Of a DNA stretch of 64,000 bases, positions 37,506-51,758 are shown in pieces. The notes beneath the pieces are model-generated. The model was given only the letters and a program-made list of their open reading frames with translations, was not told the origin of the DNA and did not search any database. The position numbers and the translations under genes are program-made. How positions within the stretch are numbered: the stretch's first letter is position 1; each line of letters begins with the position of its first letter. The DNA comes from Trichosphaerium sp. ATCC 40318 (Eukaryota; Protista; Tubulinea): contig JALMLS010000368.1 of assembly GCA_038496445.1 (NCBI GenBank), positions 186,001 to 250,000 on the forward strand, in the 5' to 3' direction.

Positions 37506-38788
37506 ATGGCAGCCAAGGCATCCTTTCGCTGTGAAATATGTAATTTGAGCTTCAACAAGGCCGTACAACTCAAAAAGCACGAAAAGACAATTAGTCATGA
37601 ACGAGCTATTGCTAGACAGGCAGAAATAGCCCAAACAAAGACGCAAAGCACCTCACATATAAAAGCGCTTCGCGTACACGGTGAAACATTTCAAGAAGGC
37701 ATCTATTCACTAAATAAGACAGTAAATACGCCTCAAATACGTGATACTAACACAATATAGCTCTCTGATCATAAATTTCCGAGCAATCTGAGCTTAAACG
37801 ACGCGCTTGCCTTGTACTATACGAAAACAAGGCCTAGAAGAACAGTAAAGGTACCAAGACACCTATAACGCGTTATCCGCTAAGAATCTACGTTTATAGA
37901 ATAGGCGAAAGTGTATTTGTACTTTTGTTCAAAATGTCGTTACTACTTTGTTCCAAAACTCTCGAATTCGATTGTATGGATCTATATCTCTTAATCTAGA
38001 CTCTGAAACAAGTGATATCGATGCAAGTATTCAGCTAAAAGATACCAAAGCTGATCACGTGGAAGTACTATCAACAGTTGCTTTGGGCATCTCACGTGCT
38101 TCTGCTGCAACACTATCAGTGCGCAAAGCGTTGACAGCGAAAATACCTTGTGTGACGATATTTGATGAGTTTTCGAGGTTGTCTGTTGACTTGTCTATGT
38201 GGAACGCAAACAAGAAGAAAGCACAGGACATAGTTTCTATATTTCTAGGGTAAGATTCTTCTTGAAAAAAACACGTGTTTTTGGTGTGTTGACATAACGT
38301 GTAGGTTTGATAAACGAGCGACTGTACTAGTTTGGAGTGTTAGGCAGTGGGCTAAAGCAAATCAATTGAATCATACATACCAACAAGGAACTGTTAATAG
38401 CTTTGGTTGGACCCTTTTAACAATTGGTTTTTTGCAATCTGTTGTAGTTCTTCCTCCATCTCAATCAACTTCTTCAGATTGGTCTAGTGATAATGAATCA
38501 AACCTAGGGGACTTATATATTAATTTTTTCGAGTGGCTTAGTGCTTTTGATGCAGAAACAAGTGTTGTCAGCGTCATAAGAGGTGGTGTTGTTGAAAGAG
38601 ATGGTAATTCCTTTTTGGAAAACACAACTTTCATTGTTGAGGATTTACCACCCAGACCTCCGCCACATGGGAACGTGACACGTCATGTTACAGATAGATC
38701 ATTAAAGAAAATACAGAGGATCGCAAGAGGGACTGCAAGTGCACTTAAAAAAGGCGGTAATCTCTTCGACATTTTAAAGGATGCTTGA
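37506..38788 (+). CDS. C2H2 zinc-finger Cid1/TUTase-like terminal nucleotidyltransferase
   Basis: CEICNLSF...LKKHEKTISH zinc finger; LYGSISLNLDSETSDIDASI (GS plus DxD); AKIPCV...SVDLS (third Asp); RQWAK...GTVNSFGWTLLTIGFLQ; NLGDLYINFF; FIVEDL...NVTRHV (PAP-associated domain). Confidence 0.88.
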
Positions 38789-39325
38789 AAAAAAAAAAAA
38801 TCAGTCTTGATCAAAACGCCTTGATACAAGATTAAGATGACATGCCCATTTGTAAAATACTGATTCACGAGAACTATCGCGTGTATAGACACTACTTACA
38901 GTAACAAAAGTAAAAAAAATTAGAACCCAATTGAGTTATTAAGGCAGCACTTGAAGGTAATAAAAAATAAAGGAAAAAAAAATGAACAATATCAAGATTT
39001 AAATTGTAATGTCGGTGTTTGTCATTGTACATTTTTTGAATGTCCTACTGTACATTGTTTTTTGTCTCGGTCCCAACAGACTTTTTTTTTTCCACATGTT
39101 TTTTTTTTTTTGGTTTGTTCAACAATTCGTTATCATGACCACTTCGTCTTTTTTTTTTTTGTATTATTTACAAATAGCCACAAAAATAAATCATCACCAA
39201 AAAATCACGGGAAAAAATAGTATCCATGGAGAACCACCTCGATTACAAATCGCGGTCTCTTAAGAAAGAATGTGAGCATCAAAAAAAAATCACGTGAAAA
39301 AAAGCATGAAATTTCATGGTTCTTA

Positions 39326-42300
39326 CTATTGTTTGTCCTTTGCCCACTCCTTCAGTTTTGGTGTTGCAGGAAGTTTTCCAGGGCTCATGCCACTCTTGAA
39401 GTAAGCTTCGATACCTTCTTTGGTCAACATCCCTTGGGTGTAATAGTGGTCGAATGGCATTGTCAAGCGCTCTAATTCAAAAAGTCAATTTAAACAAAAA
39501 CAATTTTTTTGATTTGTACCTTTGTTCCTGGACTTTGAGTGTCTGTACCAGTAGATTTGAATGGCTGTGCATAGGGCAGCTTGTGCTTCTGGAGTCTTAA
39601 AAAGGAGTTGAGACAAGGAAAGGCAGAAAGAGAAAAAAGAAAAAAAAGAGTTGTTGTGATTTGTATGTACCTTCAACACAGTAGCAATAAGTGCATCGTA
39701 TTCTTTTAGAACAGCGACTTCATTATTTGCTAGCTCAGCATCATCACTCTTAGCATTTTTACCAACTCGGTCATCAAGGACATAAGTCAATGCATCAAAA
39801 ATGTTGGTAATAAAAGAGCTGTCTTTTCTTGACGAAGGTGAAACATTCTTCTAAACAAAAACTATTAGAAGCTAGAAACAACACAAGGTAGGTAGTATAC
39901 TAATGCAATGCCAAGGCACGACGAAAACGATGGAGAATCAAAAGGTATATAGATAGAGGTACAACAAAAAGCAAAATGAATACAGCACCCTACGTTCCCT
40001 GGTCCTCACGGACCCAAGTACTGGCAGGGCCATACCATGCTTATCTTCGCGGTTCGGAAAGAGACACGGAGTTTTCATGGTTGTATGGCCGTATCCATTA
40101 GTAAAGGCGAGATTTTTGAAACTGGTTTGGTCGAAATTGCAAAAAAACAACTTTTGTGCTATCGCTGCAAATAAACGTACCATGATCCATTCGATGACAG
40201 CATCCGCACTTTTTCCTTGTTTAAGGAGATCAGCAGCTGTTTCTGTTGGTTCTTCTGGTGCTGCATCACTTGCACTATCTAGAATACCATCAAGCTCAAA
40301 CTCTTCAATGAGTTGATCCAACTGTGAAGGATCCTCCATGAACGCCTTCAAGTCAATGCCTTCTTTATTGAGTACTTGTCGTGCAAAATCGAGACCCTAT
40401 GAATAAATATTAGACCATGGTCACAATACAGCACAAAAACAATGAGAGTGTGTCGTACCTTAACATCATAAAGTCGTGTGAAAAATTGGAAAATGTACTT
40501 TTGAGATTCCTTAGTTTTGATGTAAGGTTTAAGTTTTGCTTGTAAGAACTGAACATCAGTAAAAGCGCCAGAAATGTAAATATGGGCATGTGTATTAGCA
40601 ACTTGCTTCCAAGCCGTTGGTGTGTCCATACGGAACTCAGGAAAGTTATCAATGAGCATATTCAATCCCTTTAGCCAATTTTCTTTCTTGAACAATGACT
40701 GAGATGCAATGTGCTCAAACAACTTTAACACTTTGTCTGTATCTGCTCTGCGCTTCATTTCAACCATGAGAGACACGGCTGTTTTTAAAAACTACACGTG
40801 AAAGTCAGTACGTTAACACGTGAAAAAAAAATCATGTGTTGTGTACCAATCCATAAAATTTGGCAGGGATTGTCTTTAGCGTTGTAACAGCACCAGCGTT
40901 ATCCTTGGCAATTATTTCTTGTACAACAGTTCTGAATAAATGATTAGTCTTTAACAAATAAAAACCAAAAAGCAGTGAGGGCGACGTGACTCGAACACGC
41001 AACCTTCTGATCTGGAGTCAGATGCACTACCATTATGCTACGCCCCCTGCTGGATGATTAAATATTGGCCTGGCATAATCCCGGTACCAACTGAAAAGCA
41101 TTACGAATGCCGTTTTGGTTGTACACCAGTGATTTACCCTGCACAACACGAACAAACAACGTACCCAAATGTATCAGCATTAAAAGTGAACTCCTTTTTA
41201 CGGAATTGTTGACTCTTAGACGAGCCTCTAACTCTTTTACGACTCTTTTGGCTGTTGGAGCGTTGAGGCCTTGATTGATTTTCACGAACATCTCCTCTTG
41301 GTTGTTGTTGGAAATTTCTCTTCTACAGGTTGAATAAGAACACAAAAATGATAAGTTTGTGCTTACCGAGCGCGCATTACCAGTACTTTGGATGGTAGTC
41401 CAACCAGAACCATCATTAGTCTTTGTGCGCCTATTTTGACCGCCACGACTATTACTTCTTGATGCTACAAAAGAAGTTTAAGAAACATGTCAAAAAAAAA
41501 CCAAAGAGTTAAAAAAACTTACGTTGATTGTTACGTTTATCACGGCTATCATTCCTCCTCATAGAAGGTAATTGTGTGCCACGTGAATTAGCCTTTCTCA
41601 TGCTTGTTGAGGAAGATTTCTTTGTAGGATCGCACCAGTTATTCTTACGCAAGGTGATCAAATCATCAAGCATAAAAATAAGACGCTGACAAACAAGTCG
41701 TTGGCTGACTAGTTTATTGATGCTTTCAAAGAATGTAGGCATACGCTTAGAGTACTTTGTTTTGTTGAGACGTTCACCTATAAAATTAAGAGTATAAGTA
41801 ATTTTTACCTTAAGTAAAACGTGTCACGTGAAAAAGTTTTCGTACCAATTGCAGTTAACAATCTACAGAAATTTTCTATTTCATCTTCATTTGGTTTTTG
41901 CCAATCACCCAACAAGCTTCTTAGACAAAAGTCCATAATGCTAGGCTGTAACATATCCTGCAAGTACAATTGCCCAATAAACTTTACATTTCCAACATTA
42001 CGTTGTCGGAATTTTACTGCCTGTTCCATGACAGCCAAACGTGCTTCACCAGTTAATGAATCATCCAATTTTGGTGCAGCTTTTTTGTTTTCAAACTCAG
42101 TTTGACATCTGTTAAGCAATAAACGTCTAAAGTCCATAGCCTAGGAAACAGTACATTAGAAGCTTATTTCTACAAAATTAACGAACGAGTACCTTAGCAG
42201 CTGGATCTGCCTTGGCACTATCAGTGACAATCGTCTTGTTTTCTAATTTTTTACATAGTTCGGCATATAATACACCATACGTTGGTTCAGTAACGGCCTT

Positions 42301-45300
42301 ATCGTACACAAGGTTGATAATGATTCCAAGCCTGAAGAAAACTTTATCAGTATACCGGCGAAATTAAAAAAAATCAAAAAGCAGTGAGGGCGACGTGACT
42401 CGAACACGCAACCTTCTGATCTGGAGTCAGATGCACTACCATTATGCTACGCCCCCTGCTGGATGATGAAACATTGGCCTGGGACAAACCCGTTACCAAG
42501 TGAAAAGCCATCGTACCTGGTCTCATTTTCAATGTCAATGTTGAGTATATCTTCGCTCAACTTTTCAAAATTATCCTTTGCCAACTTGTTCAAAATAACT
42601 TGAACTTGTCTGGTGAGTTTCATATTATCATCCATATTTTTTGGCCTTGGATTCCATTCTCCTTCACCTGGCTCACGACGTTCTTGAGGGCCTCTACGAC
42701 CACGTTTGCCTTTGCCACGTGGTGTTTTCCAGCTTCCTCCACTCTCTTTGCGACCGCGCTTATCTTTATTTCTCCATCCGCCAGAGTCGTTATTTCTTCC
42801 TCTAAAGAACAGTCACTATCAAAAACACGAAATGGAGATAAATAAGTTTACAACAAGAAAAAGGTTCAACGCACCTCCTTGATGATGTTGGTCGAGAAAA
42901 GTCTGTGCCAACGATATTTTTGATAGCCTCAGTCTTCAACTCTTCGGGTTGATCAGTGCACAACTATTGAAAAAAAACCGTTAGTAACCAAACAAAAAAA
43001 AATGAAAAAAAAATTAAACCTTGGCTAATCACATTGACTGTTTTAGCGCGTACCTTTTGGAATTGCATCATAAAATTTCTAGAGTACATCTGGCGACCAT
43101 CACTCGATACTTGAGCACCAGCAGGCGCATCAAAAGGAGAAGTACTACTCAATAAAGCATTATTAGCAGGTGTTTGATCATCTAGATTAAAATCTCCATC
43201 TGCCATTGCTTCCCAATCGTCATCATCTTCTTCTTGCTTATCTTCAGCCTTTGGTTCCTCTTTAACAGGAGCAGGTTTTGGCTCTTCTTTTGGAGCCTTG
43301 ACTTCTTCCTTTCTAGCACGTTTTGGCTTATCAGAATACGCATCAAATGAAGCTGCAGAGTACTCTCCCTTATCAGCTGCCTTAAGAATATCCTTCAACT
43401 TTCTTTTCTTAACTGGAGGAACATAAGGCTCAACCTTAGGCTCGACCTTTGGCTCAACCTTTGGTTCTTCCTTTACAGGCGTAGCCTCAGCTGGTTTAGG
43501 TTCCTCTTGTTTTTCAACAGGCTTCGCTGAAGCAGGTTCAGGTTCAGGCTCCTCTGTAGCTGGCTTAACGTCCTCTGTCTTGACAGCTTCAGGTTCAGGC
43601 TTCTCTTCCTTTTGCTCGTCAACGTTTGGTTTTGGTGCTTCTTCTTTCTTTGGCTCCTCTACCACTGGTTCAACCTTAACTGGTTCTTCAGGTTTTGGTT
43701 CTACCGGCTTCTGCTCAACTGGTTTTGGATCTTCAACCTTTGGTGTAACCTGTTCTGGTTCAGCAGGTTTTGTAGGTTCAACAGTAGGCTTGACAGGTTC
43801 AGGCTTCTCTGTTGATACTTCCTCAACTGCCTTAGGTTCCTCCACAACTGGCTTGCTAGGCGCTTCAACATTCTCTACTGGTGCAGTCTCCTTCTTTGGT
43901 TCAGGTGTAGGCTCAACTGGTTTGCTAACAACCTTTTCGACAGGCTCCTGTGCCTTTGTAGGTGTTGGAGTAGTATCCTTGACTTCCACAGGTGGTTTAA
44001 CCTCTTTCTTAGGCGCTTCTTTCGCTACTGGCTTAACAACTTCTTTTGGTGCCTCCTTTGCAGGTGTAGGCTCAGCAGCAAGCTGTGCAACAGCTTCTCT
44101 GAACTGAGCAGCTACCAAAGACGGTGAAGCTTTTGGTGCAGCAACAACAGGTTTAACACTCTTGGCGACACTATCCACCGGCATACCAATAGAAACAGCA
44201 GGAGACCGTTTAGATCCGCCATTTGATTCAGGTTTATGACCATTCGTTTGCTTTCCTCCTTGGCTTGGCGCTTCAGGTCCTTTTTCAAGACGAGGTTTAA
44301 ACGTTGAAGCTTGTGAACCATTGCTTGCCTTGTTGGCTTTACCTGATAGTTCAGGTAGTACACCTATAGTTATTTTAAGTACGTGGGCTTTTCGTATAAA
44401 TAAAAGGGTACCTCCTGGCGTGCGTGGTGAGTTTTGCTTGTTATCTTTTTTAAGATTTGCAGAATCAGCAAGGTTGATGGATTTACCAGTTGTAGGGTCT
44501 ATAATTGGTATTGCTTTGCTCTTTTTTCTGGGTTTTGGTCTAGCAGGGGAATGCGGCTGATTGTACGTTGTATTACTGTATGCAGCGCTATACCTTAAAG
44601 TCAGAAATAAAATGGCAACATACAGTGATAGTAATTGCGAAATGGATTGTTTTCTTCACTAATAAAAAACTCAAGAATCTGTATGGTGTTACAAAACGTA
44701 CCGAGCTCCAGCTGCGTAAGGGTTACCGTTATAAGCTGCTGGTCCACCGTAAACCATTTGCTGTTGCCAACCACCTTGTGGGTAGTACTGGCGACCATAT
44801 TGTCCATAACCATAACCTGGTTGAGGTGCACGTGCTCCTCCTGTATTTTTAAAGTTAGGAAATGTAGAGACGATAATTACAAGCAAAAAAATTAGTTATG
44901 TACCAGCCATAGGTTGTGCTTGAGGTCGAGGATGTCCACGCATGTTACCTGTATCACAATGAGCAAGAGTTGGTAAAAATAAACGCAGTAGCCACAGTAA
45001 AAACCCACCCCCCTTTAAAGCTAAATCTGTTCGCTTAACGTACCAGCTTGGTTTCCACCATGGTGTGGCACAGCTTGTGGATTACCCTGATTTTGATACT
45101 ACAAAGATGTTAATAGCCTAACGCGCAACAAAAGGAGGATGTTCAGATTTAAAAGCTTGTCAAAAAGAGTACTGTAATAGGAAAGAAAATTCAAACGATG
45201 AATCAGCGAAGATCGTTCATTTAAAAAGAAAAAAACGATTGGACCATCAAAGTGTAAACTCAGATTATACCTGATACGCTGGACGATACTGTTGATATTG

Positions 45301-46684
45301 TTGAGGGTATCCTGGATAGTTTTGTGCAGGGTTACGTTTATATGGAGCGAATGCCTTTAAAGTGAGTGAGATTACAAATTAAAAAAATCGATTACAAATC
45401 GAAAAACTTTTTTATATTTTGATGCTGGTCAGACATCCAGAATAATCAAAAAAAATATCCACAAAATAAAATATTTTTGGCTTAGATTTCGCCAAATTAA
45501 GAGAATATTGATTGCATCATAATCTTGAAGGGAATATTCGCACACCTTTGTTTTTTGCTGCTCCTCAAGTGATGGTGGCGCTGAACTAGGGCGGTGCATG
45601 CCTGCTGTATGAGAATTCACAGCAGGTTGCATGGGTTGTGGTGATACTGGGTTAGAACCTTGGCCTGTCACTTTTTGAGGAGCTAATTCTTGACCCATTG
45701 GAGCATTAGACCCACGAGCAGGCGTCATACCAGCTGTAGGCGTATTACGAACACCCTGAGACGGCCTACCGCCTTGTGGACCACCCATGCCGTATTGAGG
45801 CTGTGGTTGACGACGACCTGCGTGAGATGGCGCAGCAGCGTTGTAACCCATCTGTTGAGTTGGTCTCATCGGTCCAGGATCTTTAAAACAAGGTTAGAAA
45901 AGCATTTTTCACTTTCTTTTTTTTTGGTTTTTTTTTTTCATGTGGTCGTTTTGTACGACGGTTTTTGCAATCGCCCATGCAGTAGTAAAGTTGTACGAAG
46001 GCGTATGAATTAATTTTATGTTTTTCCCAAGAGGTTTGGTTCCTGTGCATCGAAAAAATCGCAAAAAAAAACTGGCGATAACAGGTGGTTTTAGTGTTGC
46101 GGTGTTGAGGTTTAAAAACAACCAAGGTTTCGCGTTTCAACAAATAATAATTTGTACGCTTGGCGCTTTTTCGTACTTTGTGGTGATGCATGACGATGTG
46201 CGTTGCTGCCTCTGCCTACTCCACCAGGGAAATGAGTTCCATGTTGTCTAGGGTTTACGCCGCTACCTGCATTGAACACTCAGCGATTTAAAAACAAGCC
46301 AGGGCGGAGATAAAAGAGAAAAGCAAGATCGTACGCGTTTTTCCGTCGCGTGTTGTTGTATGACGAGGTGGGGTCGCTCCGCGGGATATGTGGTTGTTAA
46401 GTGTAAATAAAAGAAGGTACAAAGCCCAAGAAAACTGATTAAAGGGCAAGAAAGCAAAATCTCTTAAAAGTGGCTGAAAGCCTGTGTTTATCACGTATTA
46501 ATTGACCACATATAATATTGATCACCGTAAATCCCACAGGTCAACCAGTAGTTGAGAATTTGCTGTTGGGTAAATTGAAAGGATACTTATTGTTACCAGA
46601 ACCACGTCCGACGCGTTTGTTAGCGTAACCGCCAGATGCCCTTGGTCCTCGTGTTGTTTTTTTTCCTTGTGTGGTATTTGACAT
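39326..46684 (-). CDS. EIF4G: Eukaryotic translation initiation factor 4G (4E-binding motif, MIF4G, MA3, W2-like); possible frameshift or sequence error in the last exon
   Basis: YSRNFMMQFQ (YxxxxL-phi-type 4E-binding site); VQVILNKLAKDNFEKL, VYDKAVTEPTYGVLYAELC, FRRLLLNRCQTEFE, GNVKFIGQLY, IENFCRLLTAIG, RLIFMLDDLITLRKNNW; PEVK-rich linker. Confidence 0.93.
39978..40096 (-). rRNA. 5S rRNA gene inside an eIF4G intron (39851-40180)
   Basis: Minus strand reads GGATACGGCCATAC...CCGAACCGCGAAGATAAGC...AGTACTTGGGTCCGTGAGGACCAGGGAA...GCTGTATTC (119 nt). Helix I GGATACGGC/GCTGTATTC, helix II ACCATG/CATGGT, terminal hairpin GGTCC-GTGA-GGACC, followed by TTTT terminators. Confidence 0.95.
40976..41047 (-). 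tRNA. trnW: tRNA-Trp(CCA), copy 1, inside an eIF4G intron (40932-41164)
   Basis: GGGGGCGTAGCATAATGGTAGTGCATCTGACTCCAGATCAGAAGGTTGCGTGTTCGAGTCACGTCGCCCTCA: 72 nt, cloverleaf, anticodon CCA, GTTCGA T-loop, TTTTT terminator 4 nt downstream. Confidence 0.97.
42385..42456 (-). tRNA. trnW: tRNA-Trp(CCA), copy 2, inside an eIF4G intron (42332-42516)
   Basis: Identical 72-nt sequence to copy 1 with the same CTGCTTTTT trailer. Confidence 0.97.
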
Positions 46685-47110
46685 GCCACAGGATTGAAAG
46701 GACGTTATTAGATTAAAGACTGGGTCTAGATTGCAATATCTCCCTTTTTTGACAAGGAAGATTGGTGTAGTGGCGACTCGTCCTTTATCCTAAAAATAAC
46801 GAAGATTATCACTTGCTAGAAAAGTCAGAATTTGTTCAATCGCCTCCGCCATTTCACTGCTTTTCGGTTCTCTAATTCACGTTAACGAACTGTGCATCTA
46901 TGCTTGTGGTACTAAACGCAGATATAGTAATACTGCACACTACTACAACGATGGATATAGATAATTTTGGGGGTCTGGATTAGTAGATTTAGAAATTTCT
47001 GCTTCAACTTTGCAACAAAAATAACCAAATCTAATATTTGTCTGTACAATAGGGGGGTTTTAGTTTTTTATTTGTTTTTTTTTTTGTGTGTTGTTGGCTG
47101 GCGGGTTTGT

Positions 47111-48258
47111 TTAAAACATGAGTATGAACAACATAATAAATACACCCATGATGAGTACCATACGTGAAAGCATTTGCCTTTGTTCTTCGGCTGGTGTTAA
47201 TGGTTGAGCATTTTGCATACCATCCTTTGTAGAAAGAGTGAGTACAAACGAAGAGTGCGTAAGAAAATTTTAACGACAAAAATAAAAAATAAAAAAACAC
47301 GTTAAAATTATGTCAACGGTAATCGTCGGAAGTATAATTCCGCGATGAGGCCCTTTTGGCGATTTTGATGACTGTATAATTTTTTTTTTGTTTGTTATTC
47401 CCAAAGATTTAGTGCTCACACAGCGTCATCGGCAAGTACGAGCGTTGAGAATTGCGGTAGGAGGTTTTTTATCAACGCGTAAATGTACTTTTACAAACGG
47501 TTTTTAGAAAAGGCAAAACGTACAAAAGCCATTTCAAAGCCTGGGAACAGTCCTGCAGAAAAAGATACATTGCCAAATTGTATCGTTGGACCATTATAAG
47601 TGAATCCCAGAGGATGAACAAAGTTACCGTGCTGTCTGCCCTTTTGTAGCGAAGCAATCAGTATTTGGTAAATCAACGTAATAAATAATTATAAAATACC
47701 CTGTTTGGAATGGCTCTTGGTGCTGGTGGTCGTTGTCCAGTTGGTCTTGATGGTATTGTGTCCCTGTTTAGGTTTGATGAGCACTCGAGTTAACATGTTC
47801 TAAATGACAGCCAGTCACTTGGTATTTTTACACGTACCTTGGGTCCTTCGACGCTGACCCATGTCCGTATATTGGAATTAGTGTTGTTTTATCTGGAATA
47901 CCCGCTTTGCATACGGGACATGTGGCCTCTCCTTGGCATACTTCCGTCCACTGTAAGTAAGTGTAAGAATAATAAAATAACAAAACAGAAAATTAACTCC
48001 AACGCTCGCTCACCCGATATATACACGGCCAACTATTAAACCGTTAGTTACCGACAAAGAAAGTTACAATTTAAACGTGTACCAGTACAAATGACCACAA
48101 ACAGTCACAACTGGATCGCAAGCTGAATCCAGGCATATATTGCATACGAAAGTAGTGTTTTTTGGCTCTTCACCTTCATCCTTTTTTTTCTCGTTTTGAG
48201 GCGTATTACGACGTTTCAAGCCATTCGCGTTGGCATCTGTTGGTGTATGTGCTTCCAT
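47111..48258 (-). CDS. RNF5/RNF185-like tail-anchored RING E3 ubiquitin ligase
   Basis: [38 protein letters not shown]...IPIYG, FSAGLFP; final exon EEQRQMLSRMVLIMGVFIMLFILMF* (C-terminal TM). Confidence 0.9.
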
Positions 48259-48382
48259 GTTACGCTGCCAAACACGTCATCACGGCGAATTAACATTAAG
48301 CGACTTTTAATCTGATTTGACTGCGAAATCGTTTGTGGGAAAAATCCCCAAAATATTTGATTGACCCCAGTCTTCATTCACA

Positions 48383-51190
<2,808 letters not shown>

Positions 51191-51398
51191 TTAATAAAAT
51201 AAGAATACATTTTGTCAAAGTTGACTATTTTCTCGACCATGGTTTTTGTGTTTCTCAAGACTTTTTTTGGCATAAAACTTGTTGGTTCTCTATTCACACC
51301 ATTGGCTTATTATCATACAGGATGAACTCTATCACTCTTGTTTGGTACTAAAGAAATACCACACGGCCCTAAATTTTCGAACAACATGTGTGAAATTA

Positions 51399-51525
51399 AA
51401 GTCAAATTAGACAACTTGAAATGGTAACAGTATCACGATTATAAGTCAAATTAGACAACAAATACGTTATAACATTGACCTGATAATACCCAAAGTGGTC
51501 AAAAGTACGTTATAACATTGACCTG
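51399..51525. repeat. Two adjacent short direct-repeat pairs (A-x-A-B-y-B)
   Basis: AAGTCAAATTAGACAAC at 51399 and 51443; TACGTTATAACATTGACCTG at 51463 and 51506. Confidence 0.85.
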
Positions 51526-51758
51526 TAAACAAAGTTTTTCACAAAGTCCGATTCTTCAAATTCCATAGTTTGATGCCTATTGTCTCGATTGTATAGTTAC
51601 TTTAATACACAATTGACATGCAATGCTGCACCTTTAAGGTCACGTGCTCTATTTCAATTTCTGTCAAAAGAAAAATGGATCAAATCTTGGAGTATTTTGA
51701 GTCAAGAATGGTACACGAGTTTAGACAATTGTAATTTGCGTTTAAAGCTCATTCTTGC

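Noticed and set aside
39420-39450. Apparent frame inconsistency in the last eIF4G exon
   Set aside because: No slippery site or stimulatory structure; most simply a small indel error in the assembly.
42457-42508. Box C/D- or SECIS-like words (TGATGA...GTGA; TGATTA...CTGA in the other copy) on the + strand next to the tRNAs
   Set aside because: Antisense to the host gene, too short, and neither copy has both boxes intact.
43580-44107. 175-aa Gly/Ser/Thr/Phe-rich ORF on the + strand
   Set aside because: Antisense shadow of the PEVK-rich eIF4G exon.
45100-45270. Possible C/D snoRNA in another eIF4G intron (TGACAAGC...CTGA on the minus strand)
   Set aside because: No convincing C box or terminal stem, and only partial complementarity to the conserved 18S 5' region.
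51399-51525. Repeat-spacer-repeat pattern resembling a mini CRISPR array
   Set aside because: Two different repeats with only two copies each, short units, eukaryotic context and no cas genes.
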